A DNA stretch of 64,000 bases from assembly GCA_013239625.1 (NCBI GenBank), contig MU053136.1, forward strand, positions 18,017 to 82,016, written 5' to 3'. Within the stretch, counting starts at the first letter, position 1, and each line of letters opens with the position of its first letter. This document shows, piece after piece, positions 11,293 to 24,400 of the stretch. The stretch comes from Lama guanicoe (lineage: Eukaryota). Under the pieces are notes generated by a model. The model searched no databases, was not told the origin of the DNA, and worked only from the letters and a program-made list of their open reading frames with translations. A program made the position numbers and the translations under genes.

Positions 11293-13199
11293 GTTAAGAC
11301 ACAGAGTCAAGACTAGTATAGCAAATAGATAAAGAAAGCTTACCTGCTCTGTGTTAGGCATTATGCTAGATTCAAAATGAATTTAATACAGTCTCAATTC
11401 ATCTTCTGGTTGGGAAGTCAGTAAGCAAACTGTCTGCAAAACATGATGCTAAGTGTTCTGAGAGAGTATGTAGGTAGGAGGCTAGAAAGCTCTGATGTGA
11501 GAGTGGGTATCTGGGAGGGCTTCCCAGAGGAGGTGAGGCAGTCAGCCGTTCTTAGCAAGAAGTCAATGACTGGGTTCTAGTATCTCTTCCATCCTATAGA
11601 TAAGAAAGGAACTATGGTAAGGTGTCAGATTGAAGTCTTAGAGTTTAAAGACAACTTCTAGTCCTGCCTCCTCTTCTTAACAAGCTGTGAGACCTTAGGT
11701 GAGTCAGTTAACCTTTCCAGACCCTGTTTCCTCACCGACAAAATGGGTATATCTGCTCTGTCAACCTCAAAGCAGTAAGAGATCAAATGAGACAGAAAAT
11801 GTATGTGAAAGTACTTTGTAAGCTATAAAAGGGGGAGGGATTTTCTCTATGGATGAGAAAATGGAAGTGCAGACAGGTCAAGAGGTTAAGTGCCCAACAC
11901 TACAGAGCTGGGAGTAGCAGGCACCCCTCAATCCTCAGTCCTCAGTTCCTGCCTTCACTCCTCCTTCTCCCACTGCAGCTGAACTACCCTGCAAGAGAGT
12001 GGGGGCAGGGCCCAAAAGGCCCCCTAGCAACCTGCCTATTGAAGATTAACCTTAAGAATCCTTTTGTTTTAATGATTTTTAGATAATGATGGACGGTAAA
12101 GATGTGCAAACTCTTCCTTTTCCCTTCTGTTAATGAATTAGGATCTACCCAAACTCAATGTTTAAAGTTACATAAGCATCATTCAGATCTTCTGTAACAG
12201 CTACTTTCATTTTGGAGAAACTGCATTTCCATTAAAGTGGTGTTATATGAAAAGTTTTGTGTATGTATATGTAGGAACAGAAGGAACAGGTACACATGAG
12301 CACTGTTAGGGCACACAGGCACATACACATCACCACCTCACCTGTCCCCATGGGGAGAAGGTATTTGACAGTATCTGTAGAGTTTAGCTGTGACCTGCTT
12401 GTCTTCCAACCCCCAGTGAGACCTGGTGCAGGTGGGGCAATGGGAACTATAGCAGGAAGGTCGTCAGCTGCCCCGACCCTCCCAGGGACCAGAGAAGTCC
12501 TGACCTTCCTTAAAGTTCCTTCCTTGGCAGGGTGAGTACCGTTGAATCATAGACTATTGGGGTTGGAAGCAGCTCATAAGTCACCCAGTACAATCTCACT
12601 GTACATCCCTCTTACCAGCCTTGACTTGAACAACTCTCTTCCTCCCATGGCAGCCCATGTCACCTGTGGACAGCTGTAGCTCACTGGAAAAGACCTGATA
12701 TTGGGCTGAAAGTTGACTTTCTGGAGCTTCCACTTCTTGGGAACAAATGAATATCCCTCACCTACAATCTTGAGCAGTAGGTTTGTGAGACTCCAGGAGA
12801 CAAAGTCAGCGGAGGGTGCCTGGGGCCTAAAAGCAAGGAGGGAGGGCAGCGAGAGTCCACAGAGTGGAAGCTCTACCCTTAGAGACCTCTATGCATCTAA
12901 ACTGAGACTGGGACTGCGGGGGAGGGAGGAGGCCTGGATTGGGAGGAGGAGAAGAGGGAAAGCCCTGAACGGGAGTAAGTGAGTGGCTTTGAGCAAAGCC
13001 TGGCTCTTCATGTCTCATTTCAACTGTGGGGATCAGACCATCCCGAGGTCAGTTCTAATTCTTATACTCTGCAGTCCTGAGTCCTTCTACACACACACAT
13101 CTCTTTCAGGTTTCGATGGTTGTACTCTTATCTGAAACAGTGTGTCGACGATTCGAGAGCCAAGCAGGAAGTAAGGCAACTGCCCAAACCCTTTCTCTC

Positions 13200-15460
13200 A
13201 TCCTGGCCAGACCTGGGTTAGGCTTCGCGGCTTGCCCTGGTTACGGAAGGGCGGAACCATTCCACCTTACCCGAGTACTGACGCACGGACGGGGACACTC
13301 CTGCACGGAGTAAAGAAACGTGAGCTTTGGAGTGTCCTTTTAAGTAGTTGGGAAGGAGGTGTGGCCGAGGAGACTGGGAGGCCGCAGCCTGGCGAGGGGG
13401 GAGTGGCCAGGGGGCGTGGCCGTAGCGTCTGGAATGTTGTTGGGTCCTCGCACCGCATAGTAAGGAGAGGCCACGCCCCCTTTCTCGGAGAGGGCCAATC
13501 GGAGCGCCGGAGCAGTTTCAAGTCTCCCCCTCCAGCCTGCCCGCCCGCCACCCCACCCCCCTCGGGGATTCGCTTTTTCTGTAACAAAATAGCAAAGCTC
13601 CGGATGTTCCACAGCCCGGGCTGCTCACAGGTGGAGGGGCCCAGGGCCTAGGACGGTGCTTCGAGGCGGCAGGCGCCGGCGGGCTATAGAGAGGCGGGGT
13701 CCAGAGCCAGGAGGCGCGCGGGGGTGGGCTCTGCAGCCGCGGGTTGTTTATCTGGAGTACGGAGGGGAGGGGGGAGCCTGGAAACCGCCCCGTGTCCCAT
13801 TTCCTCCTCTTGTTTTCGCTCCGGATTCTCCATGTTGGACCCAAACTGAGGAGCCCGGAGCTGCCGCCGGGGGATCGGGTCCGGGGGCACCCGAGGGAGC
13901 CACTGCCCGGGCCGCCCGCTCACCGTACAGGCCGCCTCCCTTCCCGGCCCAGGGAGGGAACAAGAGCAGGGATGTGAACAGCAGTAGGAGTCGGAGTCTC
14001 GGGAGCTAGAGCCGGAGCCGGAGCGGGCCCCCGCCCAGGCCCCCCAGCCCAGCCCAGCCTGTGCGCCCGCGCGTCCTCCCGCCCTGCCAGCCCGGGCCCG
14101 CGGGATTGTTAGATGGAACACGGCTCCATCATCACCCAGGCGCGGAGGGAAGACGCCCTGGTGCTCACCAAGCAAGGTAGGGGCAGCAACTTCCCAAAAC
14201 TTTGCTTCGCCCCTGGGCGGGGAGGGGGCTAGCACAGCCCCGAACCCGAGTTCCGACTTCTGACCTCCCGAGGCTCAGAGCAGGCGATTCCGACCAGACC
14301 CCCTACTCCATCCACCCCTGCGTCCCGGTCCGCACTCAGACCTGGTGAGGGTTGCGCGGGCCCCGGGTTCCCAGCGCGCGAGGGGGAGGGGCATCATCCG
14401 CGCAGCTGTCACCGAGTCCTGCACCCCCCACCCCCGGGCTGAGAGACACAGGGGTAGGGCTCGAAGTGAGAGTCGCTTCAGTCCCCTCCAGAGTTGAGGG
14501 GGTGGGTTCGTCACTTTATCGCACCACATCGCGCGGCTGCCGGACAACGGCAAGGAGAGGGGTGGGGAAGGAAGGGGGACAGAGGGGTCCCGAGCGGTCC
14601 TGATCTGGAATGGAGCCGGGACTGGAGTCCATCACTTCCCGGGGCTCCCCCAAGCCCGAGGTCGTTCAGGCCGCGGGCGGTGACGGCGTCCGGCGGGACT
14701 TGGGACCAAGTTCACCGCCCGGAGGCGGGGGCGGCCGCGGTGGGGGAGGGGCCGAGCCCTGGCGGACCCGACCTGGCCAGCCCGCGGCCCTGCGCTGGGC
14801 CCGGGACCTCGGCGCGCGGGGCTCTCGCTGGGCCGCCTCCTGCCGCTGTCGCTGAGCAAACAAGCGCGACCCCGAGGCCCGGCCGGAGCCCCTCCCTGCC
14901 CCGGTGCGCTTCCCCGGGGCCGCCGCCGCACACACAGAGCCGCGTTTGTTTAGCCCGGGAGCGGTGTCCCTGGTTACATAATTCGTCGGATGGCATCAGA
15001 CCCGGCGTGTTTCTGAATCGCGCAGCGAAAAAGTGCGAGTTCTCCGTGGGCAGCGGCTCGTGGCCCCCGCCTTCTTGCGGGTCAGGTGGAGACACGAGGA
15101 GGGTCCTGGGCCCTCTCTGGGGTGGGCTTGGGGGCGGGAGCGGGAGGAGGCGGAGGCCTCTCCTGGGGGCGGGGGGAAGGTTGGGCCCGAGGGTGGGATC
15201 TCTGAGTTTGGTCCGGGTGAAGGCCCCGAAACTCTGTCCCCCTCCCCTATGCTCCTCTTAGGGCCTTGAGGAATGTGTCTAAAATAGCGGACAGAATTTC
15301 CGCGGGGAGTAAGGACTAGCGTCTTTTTTTTTTTTTTCCTGGAGAACTTCCAGGACTGGGGCCACCTGGCCCTGAGGCTGAGGAGAGCATGCTCTTGGGA
15401 CCAAATTCGGAGCGTTACTGCCCTCCCCCCGACCCCCCTAGAACGGGGCATGAAAGGCCC
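13200..15460 (+). promoter_or_regulatory. CTDSP2: CTDSP2 promoter CpG island (promoter, exon 1 and start of intron 1)
   Basis: High CpG density; GC boxes GGGGCGTGGC (13411) and CCACGCCCCC (13471); CCAAT near 13495; forkhead-like TTGTTTAT at 13744-13751. Confidence 0.85.
14113..14176 (+). CDS. CTDSP2: CTDSP2 coding exon 1
   Basis: [21 protein letters not shown]; donor G|gtaggg. Confidence 0.96.
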
Positions 15461-18400
15461 GTGCTCAGTAATTGAACATATTGAGGCCTAGAGCCTGGTG
15501 GGAGGCCAGCTCTGGGGCTTGCTGTAGCCCCACATGTCCCTATTCGGCATCATTAGTCAGCAGATCACTTATTTCTGGGGTTCGTGGTCCCAAGGAGCTC
15601 CCCCAACTTGCCTAGAGATGAAGAAGCTTGGCTGGTGGTTTCAGCCTTTCCCTAATTCTCCTGGTGAAATAGCCGGGAAGGGTAGTGTGTGCTTCCTGCA
15701 TCACTGGCTTTTCTTTAAATAAGCCTTGCCTGCTCAGATCCCAAACCTTTAAAAAGCCCCTGACTTCCTGCTCTCCTGGCTGCATCACTAACCAGGCTGC
15801 AACTTCACCTGTCTGCTGGCTGCTCAGCTGTGCTGAGGTCTTAAGAGAATAGGCTTTCTGTGCTTATAACCTCATTCCTGACTCTTCTCACTCTCTTCCC
15901 AACCTCATCCCAGGAAAGGACTCCAAGAGCTAGCCTGAAATGAGCAAATGTGGATGTGGAAGGATTCCAGAGGGAGCACTGTGATGAAAAGAGGAAAGAG
16001 CGGCCCTGAGTGTCCCCACTCTGGTCCTCTCTTCCTAGGGGCTCAGGAGGGTGCCTTCCTGGACAGGGGACCACACCAGGACTGAGGGGAAGCGGGACTG
16101 CTGAAGGGGCAACTTACAAATCAGAGCTAGAAGTTTCACCCAGTAGGGCTGGTGGCTGGGAGCAGAATAGATGACAGCAGAAAGCAAGCAGCTGGCTTGT
16201 TGACAGTGCTCAGCTGCTGATGTTGGTTGAGTTTTCTTGGAGTTACGGGTTTTTTGTGTATGGTTTGTCCTTCAGACTTATCCCTGGAGGAATCTGAATT
16301 CTGAAGCCAACAGCCATGGGACTCTCTCTCCCGCCATGTAATTTGACTGCATTCCAGAGAAGACATGCTTTCTTCCTAGGCTGCTTGGGCACCCAGCAAC
16401 CAGCAGGCCAACTTTCAGAGTCCCTCATCACTTAACAAACAAATCCCACCTCTTTTAAAAAAAAAAAAAAAGAAGAAAAGAAAAGTGGGGGTGGGGAGCA
16501 GATGTTTTATTTATCTCCTTAAGAAGCTAATAAATTGCTCCTTGCCCTCCCCGCTCTCCACCATGTCCCATCTCTAGGCTCTGCCTCCTTTTAGAAAAAG
16601 GGGAGAAAGTATTGAGGCAGTTTATTAAAAAGTAAATCTCTAGAGAGAAAAAAATTGCCTCTAGCTTGGGTGGTTTTTAGTGAAGTTATTTACCATTGCA
16701 AGTTTTTTGGTACTTTTTTATTCTTTTCTTTTTTAGTATTCTATTCTCGGAGCTTTAAGGCTGGCTGGGTGTGTTGATGATTCAAAAGTAATTACAGTAG
16801 GGGAAGTAGAACAAAGTTGCTGAAAGCATTGATGATAAAAGGACCAAAATTGGATCATCTTCCCAGACAGATGAGTGAAATGGCTTCCTGGTACAGCAGG
16901 GACAGGGTTATGTGTAATATCAAAAGTTAAAAAAGCTAATGTGGCCCCAAAACGGCCACTTATTGGAGCCTCGTACAAGGGTGTCACGTCCACGGATGGG
17001 AGATTGCGCCCTGGGCTTTGGGGTTAGGTGGGAAGAAGCCAAAGAAACAAACCCACCCTGTCACTTCCCAGTGTGAAACAAGGCGGAAAGCGGCCTCTTC
17101 TAGAGGTTTAGTGAGCCACAGCCCCTCTGGGGGAGCCGGGGCCTTCCTTGTTTTGTGGCACCTCTTCCTTTCAGGGAGAGGATTCTGATGGCCTGGATTG
17201 TCTTCTCGCATGGAGAAATGAACAACAGGTTCCTGTAACTGCCAACCCTAAGAATTAGGGTGGTGACTGGTTTTTCTAGCTCTTGCTTTCTCCCCATAAG
17301 GGAGGAATTCTGCATATTCTGCCTGAAAAAGCTCAAACACCTTTCACTGTAGTTGTAACTAGGCCTTTACCATGAAAAGCCTAGACTGAGTCTCTCTGGG
17401 GCTGTCTTCCCTAGCTTGCTCTGTGGGTCCAGGGTGCACGTCATAGCTCGCTCCTCCTGCTCCACTGGTGCCTCTTCCTTCCTTGCCCAGTCTCAGCCTT
17501 GGCCCCTTCATGGCTGCTGAGACTTGCTCCTGTGTCTCCTTTGCAATTGTTCCCCCACCTTCGAGTCAGATAGGGGCCTGTGTGGTGACTTAAGCTTGTG
17601 TCTCCTTCCTCTTGAAGGAACACAAGGGAGCCCCACTAACCGGGCTGCAGCGTCTGTGAAATGCCCCCAGTCCGGGGCTGAGAGTGGGCAGTTCTGCTGC
17701 TGAGCTTGACTTACTGAGCTCATGGTGGAGCAGGACCTAGGAATGGCCGTGAGAACTCCTCCAGAGACGGCAGAGGTGGGGGTGGCCCTGACTTCTGTCT
17801 CCAGGGGTCTTAAACCGGGTGGAAGAGAGGTCCCATTTCATCCTCTTGGTGGGACCTTCCAAATCCCCAAATCCCTTATGATCACGGACTTTGTTAAAAT
17901 GGTAAATACAATGGAAGCCACATTTCTGGCCAATGTGAATGGATGCTCCCAGCCTTTCTGTGGAGAGTTAATACATGTGTTTATAACTAAGTATGGGGGA
18001 AAAAAGCCAATATGGATTTACATACATATACACATACATACATACATACATACATACGTGTGTGTGTGTATCCCTTCCTCTTTTTCTCAACTTTTTTCCT
18101 CCTAGCTTTCCGGTAAGTTGAGTTACTATCTTTTATTCCCATCTTGGGAAGTTTGGCCCTTGGGATGAAGAAGGGATGACAAGGAGGCAGGGGCAGCAGT
18201 TAAAAGTGTTCAGAAAAATTGCTCCAGGAGCAAAATTGGTTGCTTCAGGCCTGGGTGCAAATCCCTGCTTTCCCTGTTCACAGCGAGACTTGAAGAATCA
18301 CTTTGGTGTGCTGAGTGGCATGTCTATAAAGTAGGAGTATTGGTCTCTACACTTCTGCAATGCTTGGTACTTGGTAGATAATTGATTAATGTTAATGTCT

Positions 18401-21400
18401 TTCTTTTTTAGACAGCTAGACCACCGCTGCGGTCCTCTTCCATTCCCCCAAGGACACAGTGCAGACAGCACACTGTCACGGGGGTTTTATTGTTAAAGAC
18501 AGGTGGCCAGGGGTCAGAAGGGACACTGATGTGGGGGCTTGGGCCTTCTGGAAGGGTCAGCCTCTGAGGCTCGCAAACAGCCTTGCTGCACAGACCCCCT
18601 TCTTTGTGTCCCTGTGACTTGGGATGGGGTTTTCTCTGCACTAATGCAAGTAGCACGTGCCTTGGGGCTTTTGCCTCTCTGCCCGGCGTCTAGGCATCGG
18701 GGTGGGAGGAGGCCAGGCAGCCATGCGACTCCTGTGAGGAGTCTGTGAAGTCTAAACCTCTTGAGCAGTTGCTCGGCCCCTCAGAAGTGGGTACAATGAA
18801 GACCTGAGACAACTGCGCTACGTTCTCTGCATTTGCTTTGAGAGTTAATGATCCCAGTGAGAGTCAGTTTTTTTTTTTTTTTTAGGGAATTCCAGTAACA
18901 ACGAGAAAATGAAACTGGGGTATTGAAAAGAAATAGATGTTCTTAATCTATGTCTTTGCTTCTGTGGTTTTGGGGTACAACCTTGAGAAAGTACAGAAGC
19001 AGCATTAAACTGCTTTTCACCCAGTCTCCGGCCAGCCAGTTGGAGAAGCACAGGATTAACTCACTTGTCCTGGGGACATGGGGTTGGGTGTGGCCCTGTC
19101 ATGATTCCCTCCCTCTTCTGAAATGGAGGAGTAGTTTCCAACTGGAATGCAAAGGAGCTTAGTAACATGCGTATCTTATGAAGGAACTAGTAGAAATCAA
19201 AGTAGAGAAGTTGACTTAGAACTGGAAGCCTCTCTGGACCAGAAGCCAGCTAGAACAGGGCTGCTTTGTCTGCCGAAGTGCCCAGGCCCTCGGGTCTGAG
19301 AGTGCCTACACCAGGTCTGTTATTACGGGATGGCTGCTCCGGTGAGCGCACACCCTCCTGGGCGGAAGGTGCACGTATGTCCTGTTTTACTCGTCAGCTA
19401 TTCTAGGAGTTAGCCTTGAACCTGATCTCTCAGTGGACCTGCTGACATTTCCTTTCCCTTCGCTGGTGCTCCTGGTCCTTCCCTGCCACCCCACCCCCCT
19501 ACCCCAAATCAGACTTTGCTCTTATTCTCTCTTTATTCAATATCTTCTTTATCTCTTGACATGTAAATAGCTTTGGCATCCTGTAGAATTTGTTCTCTCC
19601 CACCTGCACAGTCCTTGGGGAACAAATGTGGCCCCAACCCCAATGAGACCTAGATCTTTTGGCTCGATGATAGAATAGAGCAAGTGCCCCTAGAAAGGAA
19701 AACCAGACCCTGAGGCGCAAGTCCTCCGAGACCTGCAGAGACACTGAGCTGGGGAGATGAGGTGGGGAAAAGGGCCAAGGGGATGCTGGCTGACTCACCC
19801 TCCGGTCCTGGAAGGGTTAGTCAAGGACCACTGGCAACCTTTAGACATTGGCTTTCAGCCAGGGACACACATCAGAATCTCCTGTGACACTTTCTAAAAA
19901 TACAGACCCCACCTGGGTCCTACTGAATCAGAGCATGAGCAGGTGGGCCAGGCATACGTGTGTTCCAAATGCTCCCTGTGATTCTGACAGGTGTCCCTGG
20001 AGAAGAGCCAGGTGGCCCCAACTGCCTGTTTAGCCCTGAGCAGGAGGAGTCCCTGGAGGGATCCAGTTTTGCTGTTTGTTAAAGATCCTGTGGTTCCTAA
20101 AGGGGAGTCCAAAAGTTTGCTGAACGTGAACGGACAGAGTAATGATCCCCGCTTCCCAGTCATGACCACAGACGGTATTGTAGAGCACTTACCGCGGGGC
20201 GGGCACTGCCCGCACGCTTCGTGCCTAGTATCTCACTTAAGCCTCACAGTGACCTTGTGAGATAGGAGTGATCCCCACCTGACAGGTAAGGAAACCCCAA
20301 GCACCTTATCAGTGGAACGTGGCTGGTTCCTGTCAGCCAGGCCTGGCTCAGGGGCCCCCTAACCCTGACCTGAACTGCCTCATTTGCATTGTGCATTCCA
20401 CTTTTTAAAAGTCCTGTTCAGGCTTCAGGTGATCTGAAATCACCTTGTGAGACACCCTGCAGTGTAGACCTTTCCCATTTGGCCTGTAGGGAAACTGAAC
20501 CCAGACTGGTGGTGCCTTCGGCAAGAACACAGGGCTGTTTGAGAGGCTGAAGTGGGGCCAGAGCCAGGCTTCCTGACGCTCAGTCCAGTGCTCTCTCAGT
20601 GGACACACCTGTACTGGCTGGCTGGTCCCAGGTGCAGCTGGGATGTGGGCCAAGCTGGTGAGAGACTCTGCAGGCAGGACAGACTACTGGGCAGACTCCA
20701 GTTCTTCTGCAGAGGCCAGCCACGAGAGGAAGGAAGGAAGGAACTGGTTGGCCAACCTCAATGAGAGAAGGAGAGACTGTGTATGTGTGAAAGAGAGACT
20801 GTGATTGCTTTTTGTGGAATCCCGGAAACGGCCATTTCCCTGGGTTGGCCCTCCCACTACCTCTGTGTGACCTCTGGGATGAGAAGGAATTTCTATGGTC
20901 TGTTTTCAATGTGAACATTTTGAGATTGAGACTGAGATAAGGGTAGGAAAGTGCTTTGTACTGAATGACTAGCAGCTGAGACTTACTGAGCATTTGCTAG
21001 GGCCAGGACACACCCTGAGCACCTTATAATTCTCACAGCTCTTTGAAACAGGTAATGTTAGTCTTCCCATTTTACAGGTGGTGACACTAAGGCCCGAGGC
21101 TACACTCCTTATATGTGGCTGATTCAGAGTTTAAACCCAAGTCCATGGCACCTGTGTGACCACTGTTCAGTGGTCAGGGGAGAGACAGTTGAGGGTCCCT
21201 TGCTTTGTTCTGTGCCTTTGTTCCTCTTGCTCCATCTCACTCTCACACATATGTCACCTAAAGCAGGCTGCATAGCTGGAGGGGAAAGAGGCACTGGATT
21301 CTTCAGATCTTTCACCAAATCCAGGCATTCCAGAAATTGGGCAGAAAGCCAAGACAGGGGCTGAAACAGCCACTAAGAGGGTGTTGTGTCCTGCTGGCAG

Positions 21401-24400
21401 GTTTCTTTTAGCTCCCAGCCTCCCACAGGGGTCTTCTCAGCACCTCCTTGAGGGGAGAGAGGCTCAAGGTGAGCAAGTTTGTCTTCCAGTTCCCCAGGAT
21501 GACATCTCTGCCCTAGCGGGAGCTACATAAAATAAAACGGGCAGGGTCCAGTCCTTTGGGTTTCCCTGGATGGCACCTCGGATCCGTCCCTGCTGCTGCT
21601 ATAGGGCATCAGATCGCTTCCTGACATCCACCAGGAACATTCTGGCATCGGGCTAGGGGCTGAGCCTGCCGCTAGTCCAGTACCTGCTGCTTTTTCTGGG
21701 GACCCCACCCCTACCCCAGCATGCTTCTAAGGCACGTTAGAGCTGCGCAGGAGGGTGTCCGCCAAAAGGCTGATTCTGAAATCGACAGGTCGTGTTTTAG
21801 AAGTTGCCACGAATCCTCTGCTCCCAAAACTGAGTCCTTCTTGAGGGAAGGTCCTTAAAGTTGAGGTCCTATGTTGAGATCAGTGGCAAGATTGCTGAAG
21901 AGGGCCTGGAAAAGGCAGGTAGGGTAGTGAGTGGCCTGGGTTCCCCGCTCCCACCCCCCAGGTGGCATTAAGGACCCAGAACTGAAGGAAGTCCTCCTTT
22001 CTTAGAAGAGAGAGGCAGGGAGCCCTTCTGCCCGGGAAGGGGGACTAATGGAGGTGGCTGCGTAGGTAGGACGACCTGGCCGCAATGAGGGCACTAGTGT
22101 AGAACATGCTGGTGTGAGCCAAACAGCAGGGCTAAAATGACTTTTTAGAAGTCCATGCTGTCAGCTTCACAGCTGCTCTTTGGGACTTTAGGAACTGGTG
22201 GTGAGCGTGGTAAGGCCCCGCCTGCCTTGTCACCTAAAGAGCAGTGTCAGCAGTTAAGCACTGTGGCAGCCAGTGCACCCTCCCTATTGTTTCCAGTCTT
22301 TTCGGCGTGGGAGATGTCTAGGCATCTCTCACCTTCTTGTTCCCCTGCCGACTCACCTGCTGGTCCAAGAGCCCTTCCGTCCACCTGGCACTTTAGGGCC
22401 TGTCCTTAGCCAAGGCACGGATGCCCCTTGCTGAGGACCTGGGAGGACTCCTCTCCATGGGGAGCCCCAATCAGATGCGTCTTGGCTGCAAGGCCCAGGC
22501 AGCTGGCCAAGAAAGGCCGGAAATGCTCCAAATACTCTCCTTCCTCCAATAGCTAAGGGGAGGGCGGCCCCTCCGAGAGGCCATTTTATAGTGATAGCCA
22601 GACTAAAGCCTTTGCTGTGGGGGATGGGAGATGGTGGAGAAGGAAGTACTTCTGAGGGCTGAACCAAGAAAGCATCCTTCTACGTGAATGGGCTTGTTGA
22701 AACCCGACAGCCATAGAGCTTACCTTCTGCTGAATCCCAGGCGGATGTGTGGAGTTCCTTTGCTGGGACACGAAGCTGTGTTCTTGGCAACAGTGATATC
22801 TGAACCTGACCTTCAGAAGAAGGTTAAAAATAGTGTTGTCCTGGCAAAGCCAGTCTTCATCTGTATGCGTGTGTGTGTGCGCGCGCTCGCGCACATATGT
22901 GCATGTGTACACACATTCATGTGCGTGCACAAGCTTCTTAAGGGGCAGAGGCAAACGGTGTCCCCCACTGGTGCTTCTTGGTGGGGGGTGGCGGGGCAAG
23001 GGGAGAGGGCACTGTTTATCGCAAATGGAACGGCCTCATTTGCTTCCCTGGTATTTGCAGAATACCAGCTGGGGAGTTTGCAACAGGAAAACAACTTTTG
23101 TAGTAAATTTGGGAGAGGGTATAGGGGTGGTTTTGACTTTTTGAAACCTGCTCGTGATCAGAGTCCCAGGCACCTTTCTCATCTTCTGTGTTTGAGCTTC
23201 AACTACATGCTGGGTACAGGAGGGCCCCTGATCTCCTGCTCCTTGCTTCCTGGAACGAGGCCCACAGGGTTGCCAGGCAGTGGTCATCTCCCCTTAGATA
23301 GTTCATTAAAGCCAGCACAGCATTTGGCTTTAGTCTGCCCAGCACGTTAGTGTGCAACAGTAAGTTTTGTTTACCCTCTGAGTTAGGAGAGCGAGCGGTC
23401 TTGCTGGTATTCCCAATTAATGGATGAGGAAACTAAGGCTCTAAGAGGCTGTGTGCCGAGTCAGTAACTGTCAGGGCCTGGACCTCGGCCCAGGTGACCC
23501 GTGGAGTGGGGGAGGGGCGATCCCTCCCACAGGCCCCCTTCTCTGCACACCCTGCCTCGGGAGGAAGCCTCAAGGCAGTGAGCTAGAGGGGTGGCCTGGC
23601 TCCCCTGTTCTCAGCTCCCAGTGCACTTTCTCCTTAAGCCAGAGCACCCCTTATTAGGTGTGCGCTGCTCCTCTCTGACATCCAGCCCCAAACCAGATGT
23701 TTGGAGCAGGAAGAGCAGATGCACATCAGCTGCTGAGCAGGAGAGGAGGGCTGAGTGTCCACAAAGCAGGCAGCAGGAGGATGATGGAGGAGGAAGAGCA
23801 GTTGACTCTGGGGCTGCATGGCACCCACTGGAATCCTGCCCTCCCTCACTTGGGAACTGTGCAGTGAAATCCTCACCCGCCTGCAAATCCTCTTGTGCCG
23901 GTGTTCCTCTCCTGGGGAGGCAGGGCCGGTGCCCCTTCCCATCACACTCAGAGGGGTGGGGGGTGACCTGCACCTGGCTGTCAGGGACACAATGCCGAGC
24001 GCTGGCTGAAAGGAGTCTTTTGAAAGGCTTTGACACAAGTCTCAGATCCCATCCCACTCTGCTGTGTGTTTCCCCTCACCCTTAAACCCACTCTACAAAG
24101 TGGATCTTGAACCGAGGCTCCGGGCTTCAGCTCCTCCCCCTCCCCTCCTCCATTGTCCTCTTGGTCTCCCAGAGGTGTGTGCTGGCCAGAGCAGGTGCGG
24201 GGCAGGGCTGGGGGGGTGGGGAGCCAGCCCCGAGTGCAGTCCCGTCGCCTTGTACTGTTCTACCCTCGCACCTTTCTGGACTGCCCGAGAGGGCAGCACA
24301 GAATGGGGGCTGGACCCGAGCTGATTCTTCACCAGCCCAGCCTAGAGAGGAAATGCTCTGAGGGAACTTGAGAGGCCCCGCCATCTCCCAGTTGTTGCAG

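Noticed and set aside
14494..15261. 255-aa ORF in CTDSP2 intron 1
   Set aside because: Non-ATG start, P/G/A/R-rich, inside a CpG island; no homology recognised.
22688..23350. 220-aa ATG-initiated ORF in CTDSP2 intron 1
   Set aside because: Runs through a dinucleotide repeat (CVCVRA..) and has no recognisable domain; most likely a chance ORF. A tBLASTn/PhyloCSF test would settle it.
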